From a virus, in the IMG/VR virus record IMGVR_UViG_3300043446_002337, positions 19,769-83,768 of that record: a DNA stretch of 64,000 bases; one strand, given 5' to 3'. Of the stretch, positions 20,783-30,340 are shown piece by piece (positions within the stretch are counted from its first letter, which is position 1; the number at the start of each line of letters is the position of its first letter). The notes below the pieces were generated by a model that made no database searches, was not told the origin of the DNA, and worked only from the letters and a program-made list of their open reading frames with translations. A program made the translations under genes and the position numbers.

Positions 20783-20959
20783 ATGGGAATAATACCAGCA
20801 ACCGGGTCGGAAATAGCAATGGGACGGGTAAGAAACGCATACGGATTGGTCGGAGCCGCCAGATTACGTGCAGATTTAGGTGCACAAATTGGTAAAACGA
20901 CAGGTGCAGTTCGTTTATCTATCGATTTTGGTGGAAGAACAACACCAAATATATATTAA
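20783..20959 (+). CDS. 58-aa fibre-associated small protein (not in ORF track)
   Basis: Hand translation MGIIPATGSEIAMGRVRNAYG...GAVRLSIDFGGRTTPNIY; resembles the small M.LP.SG.I...IS.SDF.G proteins that follow S74-bearing fibres. Confidence 0.7.
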   Translation: MGIIPATGSEIAMGRVRNAYGLVGAARLRADLGAQIGKTTGAVRLSIDFGGRTTPNIY

Positions 20960-20968
20960 TATAGGGAC

Positions 20969-20997
20969 TTGACAAAAATTATAGTCTAATATATATT
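20969..20997 (+). promoter_or_regulatory. Sigma70-type promoter heading the enzyme cluster
   Basis: TTGACA-17 nt-TATATT, upstream of GAGG SD and ATG 21031. Confidence 0.8.
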
Positions 20998-21030
20998 TAA
21001 AAATGGTTATAAACTAAGAGGTTATATTTT

Positions 21031-21489
21031 ATGAGTGAAATAACATTTGAAACATTATTGGCAGCAGTAAATACTAACCCATCGGACTACGAAGAAAGGT
21101 ATGTCCGATGGGTTTCTATTGGTTATGACAAAAAAGTTCTTTGTGAATTATTGTATGAATTACAATATCTGAAGGAAAAGAATGAATGGCCAGAACGTAT
21201 TACATTTCTAGAAACCGTATTGGCTCAGCACAGTCCACAACATTTATTGAATTTATTAAATAACGAACCACAAACCGCACGATTTGCAATGATTGAAAAA
21301 TGGGCAAGACATGCGGCGATGGAAATACTCATATTTGATAAATACAGTATTGAAACGTTGAATACGGTGACGCAGTTTCCTCTAGCGGATTATCAACTGT
21401 TTGTAAAACGAGTATACGAAATAACAGCTATGATTCGTGATATTACCACACAAGCATCGGCTCTTGCCTCTGGGGTCGCTGGACTATGA
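21031..21489 (+). CDS. Hypothetical helical protein
   Basis: 152-aa ORF with SD, coupled to the next gene. Confidence 0.7.
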   Translation: MSEITFETLLAAVNTNPSDYEERYVRWVSIGYDKKVLCELLYELQYLKEKNEWPERITFLETVLAQHSPQHLLNLLNNEPQTARFAMIEKWARHAAMEILIFDKYSIETLNTVTQFPLADYQLFVKRVYEITAMIRDITTQASALASGVAGL

Positions 21490-22181
21490 AAAATATCTAT
21501 GATTTGAGTATTTGGCAAACTAGACCAACTAAATTAGCAATCCTTATTCCTTGTAGAGAATCAGTATATAGTTTATTTACTGCTTCATTGGTTGAATTGG
21601 TAAAAACTACGACAATGGCAGGAATTGATGTACACGTAGTATATGACCAAAGTACTATATTATTAACTCAACGGGAACGATTGGCACAACAAGCATTAGC
21701 TATGAAAGCCGATTACGCACTATGGCTCGACTCAGATATGATGTTCCCAAGCACTACTGCAATGCGGTTGATGGGACATAATGTAGACATCGTATGTTCC
21801 AATTATATGAAACGGTCAGTTCCACTCCAAACGGTCGCATATCCAGAACGTGGTAATTGGGAAAATTGGTTACCATTGGAAGCAGACCAAGAACTTCAAG
21901 AAGTGGAAGGTGTGGGTATGGGGTGTATGTTGATGAAAACAGAAGTATTAAATAAAATTGTCCCACCGTATTTTGCGTTTGAATATAAAGATAAAGAATG
22001 GCACGGTGAAGATTTCTTCTTCCAAAATAAATTACGAAACGCTGGATATAAAATACTGATTGATATGAATCTTAGTTTCCAAGTTCGTCACGTTGGACAG
22101 TGGGCGTTTGGTCCAAGTATTGGAACAAACGAAGAACAAAGAATTAAGAGACATACAAAAAAGGTAAAGAAAAATGGTTAA
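21486..22181 (+). CDS. GT-A fold (GT2-like) glycosyltransferase
   Basis: ILIP, R..LA..AL, LWLDSDM (DxD), GMGCML, GEDFFF, H motifs. Confidence 0.8.
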   Translation: MKNIYDLSIWQTRPTKLAILIPCRESVYSLFTASLVELVKTTTMAGIDVHVVYDQSTILLTQRERLAQQALAMKADYALWLDSDMMFPSTTAMRLMGHNVDIVCSNYMKRSVPLQTVAYPERGNWENWLPLEADQELQEVEGVGMGCMLMKTEVLNKIVPPYFAFEYKDKEWHGEDFFFQNKLRNAGYKILIDMNLSFQVRHVGQWAFGPSIGTNEEQRIKRHTKKVKKNG

Positions 22182-23295
22182 TAATGAAACGTGGTTGGCA
22201 CATAGTGATTTATTTAAGAAATATTGGGTTGTAGAAACTCGTCCGTGGGTCCGAAGTCTTGGGTGGTTTACCGATTATATGGAAACAGTCAAAGACGCTG
22301 ATGGATGGGCACAGGCAGGTGAAAAAGAACTAAGTGTATTTGATTACGTACAGATTGTTGATACACCGTTAGCAGAAAAGAAACTGTATCGGTGTGTGAA
22401 CGGAGTTACGTGGGAACATATTACCGGACCTGTACTTTTTGTCGTTCGTAAGGATGCAGAGCAAGTATTCATTGCAGGGTGGGCAGGAGAAAGGAAGATA
22501 ATTGAAAAGATGAAGAAGGAAAGTGATGACCCTTGGAAATGGTCAGAAAAGATGATTGTGGAAGTGAATCCAGAATCCGCCGTCAGAACTGTATCTGTTA
22601 TTCGTAAACCAAGAGCAACAGACATTCCTGTATTCTTCATCAGTAATGGTGAGGCAAATGCAGATAAGAATTGGTCACATCTAACAAACCTGTATTCAAA
22701 GGCGATTCGTATCGATGGTATTGATGGACGAAGAAAGGCGTTCCATCGGTGTGTGGACTTAGCCGGAGAAGCTCGCCAATTCTTTGTAATCACAGGAAAA
22801 AACTATCTCACAGATGTGACGGCGTTTAACTATCCTGTACATGCTATTCCTGATGCACACGTAGTGTTTCAAGCAAAAAATATGAGTAACCGATTAGAAT
22901 ACGGTCATATGGGTATCGTATGTTATAATACCAATCTTGTACTGAATACTCCTGCGAACTTCGGATTAGATTTCACACAATATAGTAAAACGGTATCTAT
23001 CCCACTTACAGTAAGTGAAGCACACTTTGCAACTTCACCGTATGAAGCATGGAGAACTGCGTTCCGTGAAACGGTGAAGTTAACATTACAATATTCCACC
23101 GATGCACATCTCTGGTTACAACGATGGTTGGCGTTTGCAGAAGGTGAGAATGCTGAATGGGTACTGAAGGGTGCGAAAGACGGTCACGAATACGCACAAC
23201 AACACGAAAAGAATCCAGAAGCACTTCGTAATACGGTTGATTGGCACTGGTTAGAACAACACTTTGAAGAAATGTACGGTGAGGGTAAACTATGA
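22174..23295 (+). CDS. Hypothetical protein with GT-A-like C-terminal domain
   Basis: VFFISNGE...DGIDG...AFH...FFVI...YGHMG...EAWRTAFRE pattern; DxD position degenerate (ITGKN). Confidence 0.5.
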   Translation: MVNNETWLAHSDLFKKYWVVETRPWVRSLGWFTDYMETVKDADGWAQAGEKELSVFDYVQIVDTPLAEKKLYRCVNGVTWEHITGPVLFVVRKDAEQVFIAGWAGERKIIEKMKKESDDPWKWSEKMIVEVNPESAVRTVSVIRKPRATDIPVFFISNGEANADKNWSHLTNLYSKAIRIDGIDGRRKAFHRCVDLAGEARQFFVITGKNYLTDVTAFNYPVHAIPDAHVVFQAKNMSNRLEYGHMGIVCYNTNLVLNTPANFGLDFTQYSKTVSIPLTVSEAHFATSPYEAWRTAFRETVKLTLQYSTDAHLWLQRWLAFAEGENAEWVLKGAKDGHEYAQQHEKNPEALRNTVDWHWLEQHFEEMYGEGKL

Positions 23296-23402
23296 AATTA
23301 TTAGATAAAATAGTAGATGTACTGTTACTCTACTTGACAAAGTATAAGACAAAAAGAAAGTTACAAGAACTTAAGAAACGTGACCCATTTATTTACCACT
23401 AA
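23292..23402 (+). CDS. 36-aa basic small protein (not in ORF track)
   Basis: ATGA overlap with upstream stop, GAGG SD; MKLLDKIV...KRKLQELKKRDPFIYH fills the gap exactly. Confidence 0.6.
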   Translation: MKLLDKIVDVLLLYLTKYKTKRKLQELKKRDPFIYH

Positions 23403-23408
23403 AATAAT

Positions 23409-24035
23409 ATGACTACCATATCAGATACTATTCAAATAAATTCATCTAGAATAATAGCATGGATGAATGTACTACGTGACGAAAAGCAAGAAACACAACA
23501 TAGACTACTAGAAAATTTTTGGGACAGTCAAATTAGAAGTAAGGCGTGGTTAATAAATGCAGTTCAACATTATTTTCCAAATACACGCGGAAGAATCTAT
23601 ATTTTAGGTGGTTGGTATGGATTGATGGCACAACTAATGGTTGATAATTTTCCAAATATTAATCGTGTATACAGTATTGATAATGACCCAAAATGTATAG
23701 AATATGGAAAATCATTATCAAACGGTGATTCTAAAATAATGTTTTTAGCGAGAGGAATGGAAACATTTGACAGTTATGTAAATCCGCAGTTAATAATAAA
23801 CACAAGTACAGAACATATTACGGAAGAATCATATACGTCATGGTGGTCAGTAATACCAGCAGGTACTCCAATAGTACTACAAGGTAATAATTTGTTTGAC
23901 TGTGCAGAACACATTCGTTGTAACAAAAGTTTGGATGAGTTTAATAAAAATAATCCGATAGATGATATCATATTTACCGGCCAATTAAGTTGCGGACACT
24001 TTGACAGATATATGACACTAGGATACAAGCGATGA
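23409..24035 (+). CDS. Class I SAM-dependent methyltransferase
   Basis: ILGGWYG glycine motif, SIDND acidic motif, INTSTEH. Confidence 0.7.
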   Translation: MTTISDTIQINSSRIIAWMNVLRDEKQETQHRLLENFWDSQIRSKAWLINAVQHYFPNTRGRIYILGGWYGLMAQLMVDNFPNINRVYSIDNDPKCIEYGKSLSNGDSKIMFLARGMETFDSYVNPQLIINTSTEHITEESYTSWWSVIPAGTPIVLQGNNLFDCAEHIRCNKSLDEFNKNNPIDDIIFTGQLSCGHFDRYMTLGYKR

Positions 24036-25480
24036 TTAAAGACCATTATATAAATGCTAAAAGAAAATTGGATGTCATAAGTCCTACATTGTGTATGGCT
24101 AAATGGCACCAAGTAACACTACATTTAGGAACTGGAACGAATCACAGTTGTCACCATCCTATGCCACATCATATTCCAGTAGAAGAACTGAAAAATAATC
24201 CATCGGCTATTCATAATACACAATTTAAGAAAGAACAACGAAAATTAATGTTGGACGGTAAACGTCCGTCTGAATGTGATTATTGTTGGAGAGTTGAAGA
24301 TGCACAGAACGAAAAAATAAGAGAAGGTCAGTCGGATATATTCAGTGATAGAATAACAAAAAGTAGTGAACCATGGGCAATGGATAAGATTAGCACCATA
24401 GCAAAAATGCCATGGGATTCTAATATAAATCCATCCTATATAGAAGTAGACTTTGATACTACATGCAATTTTAAATGTATGTACTGTTCACCGTCATATT
24501 CTACCACATGGATGCAGGAAATTAAACAACATGGTCCGTATAATCTGCCTGGTTTCTCATTTAATAGTGTTGACCACTTAAAGACGGGCACAGGATTACC
24601 AATTCTTCAAAACGAAGAAAACCCATATATTGATGCATTCTGGAAATGGTGGCCCGATGCAGTACATGATTTACATACATTTAGAATTACTGGTGGGGAG
24701 CCTCTCTTAAGTAAACATACTTTTAAGATGTTAGATTATTTGATTGATAATCCGCAACCACAATTAGAATTTAGTGTTAATTCTAACTTGGGAGCACCAA
24801 AAGAAATTATTGATAAATTTATTGAAAAGATGTGTATTATCGCAGATAATAAAAGTGTTAAGAATTTTAAGTTGTTTACCAGTAATGAGGCACATGGTAA
24901 AAAAGCAGAGTATATCCGATTCGGATTAAATTATAATGAATGGTTTAATAACGTGGACAGAGTACTTGCAGAAATACCAGACAGTCGTGTAACAATTATG
25001 AGTACGTACAACATCCTTTCAGTAACATCATATACAGACTTCTTAAAGGATATGTTAGCACTTAAGTTAGAGTACAGTCACCCAGACCATAGACAATTAC
25101 CATTATCGGTAGATATTCCCTATTTACGTCACCCACAATTTTTAGCGGCATGGGTGTTAACAGAAAACTTCCTACATGAATATGTACGAGATACAGTTAC
25201 TTTCATGTATAAAAACCAAGAATATTCTGGTTGGTATCCACTAGCAACAAAGGGGTTCTATGATTACGAAATTCATCGTATGGAACGTTTATACTATACG
25301 TTGTTACACTCACTAGGAGTGAACAAACCAGAAAATATTCAGGGACGAATTAATTTTTACAATTATATTATGGAATATGACCGTAGAAGAGGAACAGATT
25401 TTAAGAGTACATTCCCAGAATTAGAAGGATTCTTTATGTTCTGTAGAGACACGGCAGAAAAAACAAAACTTAATGTTTAA
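24032..25480 (+). CDS. Radical SAM protein with N-terminal Cys-rich (twitch-like) domain
   Basis: CNFKCMYC (CX3CX2C), TGGEPLL; N-terminal C.AKW, SCHH, CDYCW. Confidence 0.9.
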   Translation: MIKDHYINAKRKLDVISPTLCMAKWHQVTLHLGTGTNHSCHHPMPHHIPVEELKNNPSAIHNTQFKKEQRKLMLDGKRPSECDYCWRVEDAQNEKIREGQSDIFSDRITKSSEPWAMDKISTIAKMPWDSNINPSYIEVDFDTTCNFKCMYCSPSYSTTWMQEIKQHGPYNLPGFSFNSVDHLKTGTGLPILQNEENPYIDAFWKWWPDAVHDLHTFRITGGEPLLSKHTFKMLDYLIDNPQPQLEFSVNSNLGAPKEIIDKFIEKMCIIADNKSVKNFKLFTSNEAHGKKAEYIRFGLNYNEWFNNVDRVLAEIPDSRVTIMSTYNILSVTSYTDFLKDMLALKLEYSHPDHRQLPLSVDIPYLRHPQFLAAWVLTENFLHEYVRDTVTFMYKNQEYSGWYPLATKGFYDYEIHRMERLYYTLLHSLGVNKPENIQGRINFYNYIMEYDRRRGTDFKSTFPELEGFFMFCRDTAEKTKLNV

Positions 25481-25482
25481 TT

Positions 25483-26931
25483 ATGGACCACCCACACTTA
25501 ATAGATTGGCGAGAAAAACATTTAAATAGTATTGGTCGTGGATTTTGTGCTGCGAAGTGGTTTAACGCCAGTATTTACTTGGGGCATGGATTTAACGGTT
25601 CATGTCACCTTCCGCTACCACATCCTATTGACGTAGAGGAAATAAAAACAAATCCATCCGCGATACATAACACTGCCCATAAAAAAGAAGTTAGAAAAAT
25701 GATGTTAAGTGGGACTAGACCAGCAGAGTGTTCCTACTGTTGGAAGATAGAAGATATTGGTAGAAACAATATTTCTGACCGTGTATTTAAAAGTATGATT
25801 TATGACGGTGGTGAGATTGCCTCGTTGAAAAACCTATCGGGTGATGAAGATGTACTGTTAAAAACAGTAGAAATTAGTTTTGACAGAACTTGTAATTTTG
25901 CTTGTAGTTATTGTAATGCCGGATATAGTACAACTTGGGCAAAAGAAATTAATACATTTGGTCCATACCAGCGTTTAATATCAGATAGTAAAGGAGCCTA
26001 TCAATCCGATGGCTCTTGGGCAGAACCTTACGGCAAACACTCAGAGGACAATCCGTATGTCAAAGCGTTCCTAGAGTGGTGGCCTGAATTGTCTAAGAGT
26101 CTAATAGAAGTTAGAGTTACGGGGGGAGAACCGTTACTTAGCCATAACTTTTGGAAGTTTGTAGAAACCGTAAAGCAATATGATTCTACTAATATGCGGT
26201 TTGCGATTAATTCAAACATGGGAATGGAACGCGACGTATTAGATAAATTGGTAAGACTAACACACGAACTTCCTGTCAAAGAATTTTTTCTTTTTACTAG
26301 TAACGAAGCATATGGAAATCAAGCAGAATATATTCGTGACGGACTAGACTATCAAAAGTGGAAAAATAATTTAATCTATTTTATAGAAAATGCTAGTAGT
26401 AAGGCAAGTGTAGTAACAATAATGATGACAATTAATAGTTTGTGTCTGTTCAGTATTACAGATTTTCTTCAAGATATGATGGAACTAAAGAAAAAATATG
26501 GACACGTAAAACCTCATCTTGACTTTAATATTTTACGTTGGCCTGGATTTATGAGTCCGTTGGCGCTACCAGACCATCTAAAAAAGACAGTAAGAGATAA
26601 TTTAGTGTCGTGGTATAGTAACTATAGATACACCAGTGATTTGTTGGACAGTGGGGAGAAAAGTCAAATAGATAGATTAATTGATTACATTGAAGTTGTA
26701 GAAAAAGGACATAATTTCGTATCAGATGATAAACAATATTTACATCACGATTTTAAAAGTTTTTATACACAATATGATTTTAGAAGAAGAAAAGATTTTA
26801 AAACCACATTTCCGCAATCTCTTGTTGATTGGTATAATACAATAGAAGTTCGTCGTGATTTGCCAATCGTGGATACTTTATGGGATGGTGCCATAACTCA
26901 TTATGAAAGAGGGGAATATGACGCAAAATAA
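25483..26931 (+). CDS. Radical SAM protein, paralog of upstream gene
   Basis: CNFACSYC, TGGEPLL; same N-terminal Cys pattern. Confidence 0.9.
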   Translation: MDHPHLIDWREKHLNSIGRGFCAAKWFNASIYLGHGFNGSCHLPLPHPIDVEEIKTNPSAIHNTAHKKEVRKMMLSGTRPAECSYCWKIEDIGRNNISDRVFKSMIYDGGEIASLKNLSGDEDVLLKTVEISFDRTCNFACSYCNAGYSTTWAKEINTFGPYQRLISDSKGAYQSDGSWAEPYGKHSEDNPYVKAFLEWWPELSKSLIEVRVTGGEPLLSHNFWKFVETVKQYDSTNMRFAINSNMGMERDVLDKLVRLTHELPVKEFFLFTSNEAYGNQAEYIRDGLDYQKWKNNLIYFIENASSKASVVTIMMTINSLCLFSITDFLQDMMELKKKYGHVKPHLDFNILRWPGFMSPLALPDHLKKTVRDNLVSWYSNYRYTSDLLDSGEKSQIDRLIDYIEVVEKGHNFVSDDKQYLHHDFKSFYTQYDFRRRKDFKTTFPQSLVDWYNTIEVRRDLPIVDTLWDGAITHYERGEYDAK

Positions 26932-27709
26932 AAGATGTTTTGCATTTGGTTGTAGTTACACTAAATATAGATGGCCTACCTGGGCAGATGTTATAGGCGA
27001 AAATTTTCATTTTTATAAAAACTATGGTCGTGGTGGGGCATCTAACCTTTACATACTACAAAAATTTATTCAAGCTAACGACTTGTATAAATTTACGAAA
27101 GATGATGTTATACTTGTAATGTTAACTGGGTTTGGACGTTTTACTTATTATGAAAATAACGCCTTACATACTCATGGAGAAATTAGAAGTTGGTACCACA
27201 GTACACAAAATCCGTCGATGGGTAAGTTTTTAGATAGTGGAATATGGACAGAAGATTTAGGTGCAACAAACTCATATATAGCCGCTAAGACTATAAAAGA
27301 ATTATTAACTCATATAGGATGTGAGTATAAAATTCATTTAGCGATAGATAACTCACATTTCATAAAACACCCATCCAGATTTTTACAAACAGAAATAGCT
27401 TTACATTTTGCTGAGAAGTTTTATAGTGTCTTAGACATTACTTGGTCAATGGATGAGTGGATGAAACAACGATATAATGATGATGATTATTATAAATTTG
27501 ATGATGAACCACACGACCATCATCCAACAATTGATATGGCAGAAAATTATGTTATGGAGTATTTTCCAAAATATTATACGGAAACGTCCAAACAGTTTAT
27601 AAACACAGAGAAAAATCAAATTATATGGGCAAGTCATTCAAAGCAAGGACACGTATACTCTGAAAGACAGTTGGAGCGATGGGGTAAAGATGAGGTACAG
27701 GTATGGTAA
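26918..27709 (+). CDS. SGNH/GDSL-like protein
   Basis: FGCSYT block I, G.GGASN block II, DHHP near C-terminus; ATG 26918 has GAGGGG SD. Confidence 0.6.
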   Translation: MTQNKRCFAFGCSYTKYRWPTWADVIGENFHFYKNYGRGGASNLYILQKFIQANDLYKFTKDDVILVMLTGFGRFTYYENNALHTHGEIRSWYHSTQNPSMGKFLDSGIWTEDLGATNSYIAAKTIKELLTHIGCEYKIHLAIDNSHFIKHPSRFLQTEIALHFAEKFYSVLDITWSMDEWMKQRYNDDDYYKFDDEPHDHHPTIDMAENYVMEYFPKYYTETSKQFINTEKNQIIWASHSKQGHVYSERQLERWGKDEVQVW

Positions 27710-29160
27710 CAAAACTTTCTATTCCATTTTTATATGACTACGTTTTCCCGAATTTTATATTACCAAATGCTCTAATGCTGGAATATGGAATCGTAAATTA
27801 TTTACATACTATGTACGATAACAGACTTAGTATGAACAGTTTTTTTGAAGAAAAGTTAGTAAAAAATGATAAATATGAAACCGCGGTACCTCATGTGTAT
27901 GGAAATGCGTTAGGATTATGGCCAAATAGTCTTAGACATAATGGTTCTCATATGAAAGCAGCAATGTATGAAACAAAGGTTAATATTATTGAAGAATCAT
28001 TATATTTAGGGAAAACAAAATACCAACGATATATTTATCCCATAAAAGTTCCGCCACATTTTGATAAATTTACTGGATACAATATATCCGATTGTCCTAG
28101 ATTAAACGGAGAATATTTTTGGAAGCATATGTCCGCAGAGGCATTGGCTGACGCTCGGAGTGGAAAAGCTATAATCTTTTTAGATTACGCTCAAGAAAAC
28201 TCTATTGAAAAAATGGATTATGACCGTTTACATGCTGCCCTAGAGTTTTCATACATACCTGCAAAAAACATCATATTAGCATTCAACAGCTTTAATGCTA
28301 AGGAAGTTTATGAATCGTGGTATAAACCAGAATACAGACGATTGGAAGTCTGGAACTGGCCATTTATGACCACAAACTCATCTTATCATTATAAACATCA
28401 TATTCAATCAAATGGACAAGCAGTAGTAAGCACGCATGAATTTAAACAATCCGCTTTAAAGTTACGAAAAAACCACTTGTTATTCAAAATTCGTAGACGG
28501 CGTGACCATCGTATGGCATTATTGTATAAGTTTGTATCCGATGGTTTACTAGATAAAATAGATTGGTCATGTCTAGAAGAACATCAATTTGAAGAAAACA
28601 CGGTTCGTAGGGTAGCAGAACGATACGGACTTGAAAATAATATAGACGCCGTTCGTACTCTGTATGAAACTGTAGGTATTCCACATTTTCTTCAAAGTGA
28701 GCAAGAAGAAGATAAGAATTATCATAGTATACATGGTTGGACCCCGTGGGATGGTCAAGCGCACAAAGAATCGTATGTATACCTATGTACGGAAACAGTA
28801 ACAGACACACCGTATAAAGCAATAACAGAAAAGGTATTCAAACCTCTTGCCAATTTCATGCCACTTATATTCTTTGGTCCTCCGAATACACTAACACTTT
28901 TACGAGAACTAGGATTTAAAACATTTTTTCCGTGGATTGATGAAAGTTATGATGTGGAATTAGACGATAGAAAAAGAGCACAAATGATATACACAGAAAT
29001 AAAACGTTTGTGTTCTATGAATTTAGAAGATTTACATAAGTGGTATTGGGAGATGGAAGATATTTTACTTCACAACAGAGAAGTGATACAAGTATTATAT
29101 GAGCAAGAAAAAGAAAGTATAAAATTAATAGAATATCTATACAGTAGAGTTACACAATGA
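27703..29160 (+). CDS. Putative GT-B glycosyltransferase (GT10-like), paralog 1
   Basis: HR..L, TET.....ITEKVFKP, GFKTF..IDESYD motifs shared with 32970, 34354 and 37448. Confidence 0.55.
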   Translation: MVTKLSIPFLYDYVFPNFILPNALMLEYGIVNYLHTMYDNRLSMNSFFEEKLVKNDKYETAVPHVYGNALGLWPNSLRHNGSHMKAAMYETKVNIIEESLYLGKTKYQRYIYPIKVPPHFDKFTGYNISDCPRLNGEYFWKHMSAEALADARSGKAIIFLDYAQENSIEKMDYDRLHAALEFSYIPAKNIILAFNSFNAKEVYESWYKPEYRRLEVWNWPFMTTNSSYHYKHHIQSNGQAVVSTHEFKQSALKLRKNHLLFKIRRRRDHRMALLYKFVSDGLLDKIDWSCLEEHQFEENTVRRVAERYGLENNIDAVRTLYETVGIPHFLQSEQEEDKNYHSIHGWTPWDGQAHKESYVYLCTETVTDTPYKAITEKVFKPLANFMPLIFFGPPNTLTLLRELGFKTFFPWIDESYDVELDDRKRAQMIYTEIKRLCSMNLEDLHKWYWEMEDILLHNREVIQVLYEQEKESIKLIEYLYSRVTQ

Positions 29161-29714
29161 ACTATAAACATACCCGATGGAATGAGTTTGATGTAAAACC
29201 ATCAATAGTGTTCGGTGACCAAGTTCCAATGTTTTCTCCAACATCTTATCAGGAATTTCGTGGGGAAATATGGACAAGTTATCATACAAAGTATCATCCC
29301 GTTAATCAATATATCAATTATATGAAAGATGTAACCGTACACAATAGACATTCACGGTCATATAAAGGTGTACTACGTGGATTACATTATGATAACAAAA
29401 CATGGAAACTGGTTCAAGCTATTGTTGGTCATATATACTTGGTTGTTTTGGATGTTAGAGAAGATTCATTAACTTATGGAAAGTGGGAGTCCTATATAAT
29501 ATCTGAAGCAAATAAGATGCAAGTATTAATTCCACCTGGGTTTGCGAATGGGCATTTTGCATTAACGGATTGCATATTTAGTTATAATTTATTTTATGAA
29601 GGTGACTTTGTGGACGTAGACAGACAATCTGTAATTAAGTGGAATGATTCAAGATTTAATATGGACTGGCCTACATCGTCGCCCGTACTACAAAAGAGAG
29701 ATGCAGATGGTTAA
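29157..29714 (+). CDS. rmlC: dTDP-4-dehydrorhamnose 3,5-epimerase family (cupin)
   Basis: RG, SRSYKGVLRGLH, VLDVR..S.TYGKW, IPPGFANG, WND motifs. Confidence 0.85.
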   Translation: MNYKHTRWNEFDVKPSIVFGDQVPMFSPTSYQEFRGEIWTSYHTKYHPVNQYINYMKDVTVHNRHSRSYKGVLRGLHYDNKTWKLVQAIVGHIYLVVLDVREDSLTYGKWESYIISEANKMQVLIPPGFANGHFALTDCIFSYNLFYEGDFVDVDRQSVIKWNDSRFNMDWPTSSPVLQKRDADG

Positions 29715-30336
29715 AAACTTAGAGAGATATCCAATAATACGAAGTATATCTTATACCGCCGAAGATTTAAAAACATTTGAATCTTTAATTGTATCACATT
29801 GGGAAAATGCTAAAATTAGAGGTCCAATCCATTTATCAGATGGGAATGAACAGCAGTTGATTGAGATTTTCAGTCGTATATCCCCCAACGACTGGGTATT
29901 TTCTACGTGGCGGTCACATTATCACGCACTACTGAAAGGAATAACGCCAACGTGGTTAGAAAATGAAATTTTAGCTGGAAAATCTATAACAATTTGTGAT
30001 ATAGACAATCAATTTTATTCCTCTGCAATAGTTGGTGGTACGTTGTCTATAGCGTTAGGTGTTGCAATGGGACTAAAAGAAAACAATAGCACACAAAAAG
30101 TTTGGTGTTTTATTGGTGATATGAGTTTTGAGAGTGGTATATTTTATGAGGTTCATAAATATGCAAGAAACTTTGAGTTACCATTATACTTTGTTGTGGA
30201 AGATAATGCAGTATCTACGTATACACCTACGGAAGCTACATGGAATAAAAAAAGAACTATTCCTGATGATGTAATACATTACACGTACAAATCAAAGTAT
30301 CCACATTATGGTACCGGTAAATGGATAGCGTTTTAG
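29707..30336 (+). CDS. ThDP-dependent enzyme, E1-alpha-like (PP domain) subunit
   Basis: HLS.G.E, STWRSH.HAL.KG, AIVGG, GD...(24 aa)..EDN ThDP motif. Confidence 0.85.
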   Translation: MVKNLERYPIIRSISYTAEDLKTFESLIVSHWENAKIRGPIHLSDGNEQQLIEIFSRISPNDWVFSTWRSHYHALLKGITPTWLENEILAGKSITICDIDNQFYSSAIVGGTLSIALGVAMGLKENNSTQKVWCFIGDMSFESGIFYEVHKYARNFELPLYFVVEDNAVSTYTPTEATWNKKRTIPDDVIHYTYKSKYPHYGTGKWIAF

Positions 30337-30340
30337 ATAT

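Noticed and set aside
7342-20959. Diversity-generating retroelement or invertase-based fibre switching
   Set aside because: No reverse transcriptase or recombinase seen; duplicated segments are in-frame modules without adenine-specific differences that I could detect
23334-23362. TTGACA as an additional promoter
   Set aside because: No -10 element at suitable spacing; lies within a small coupled ORF
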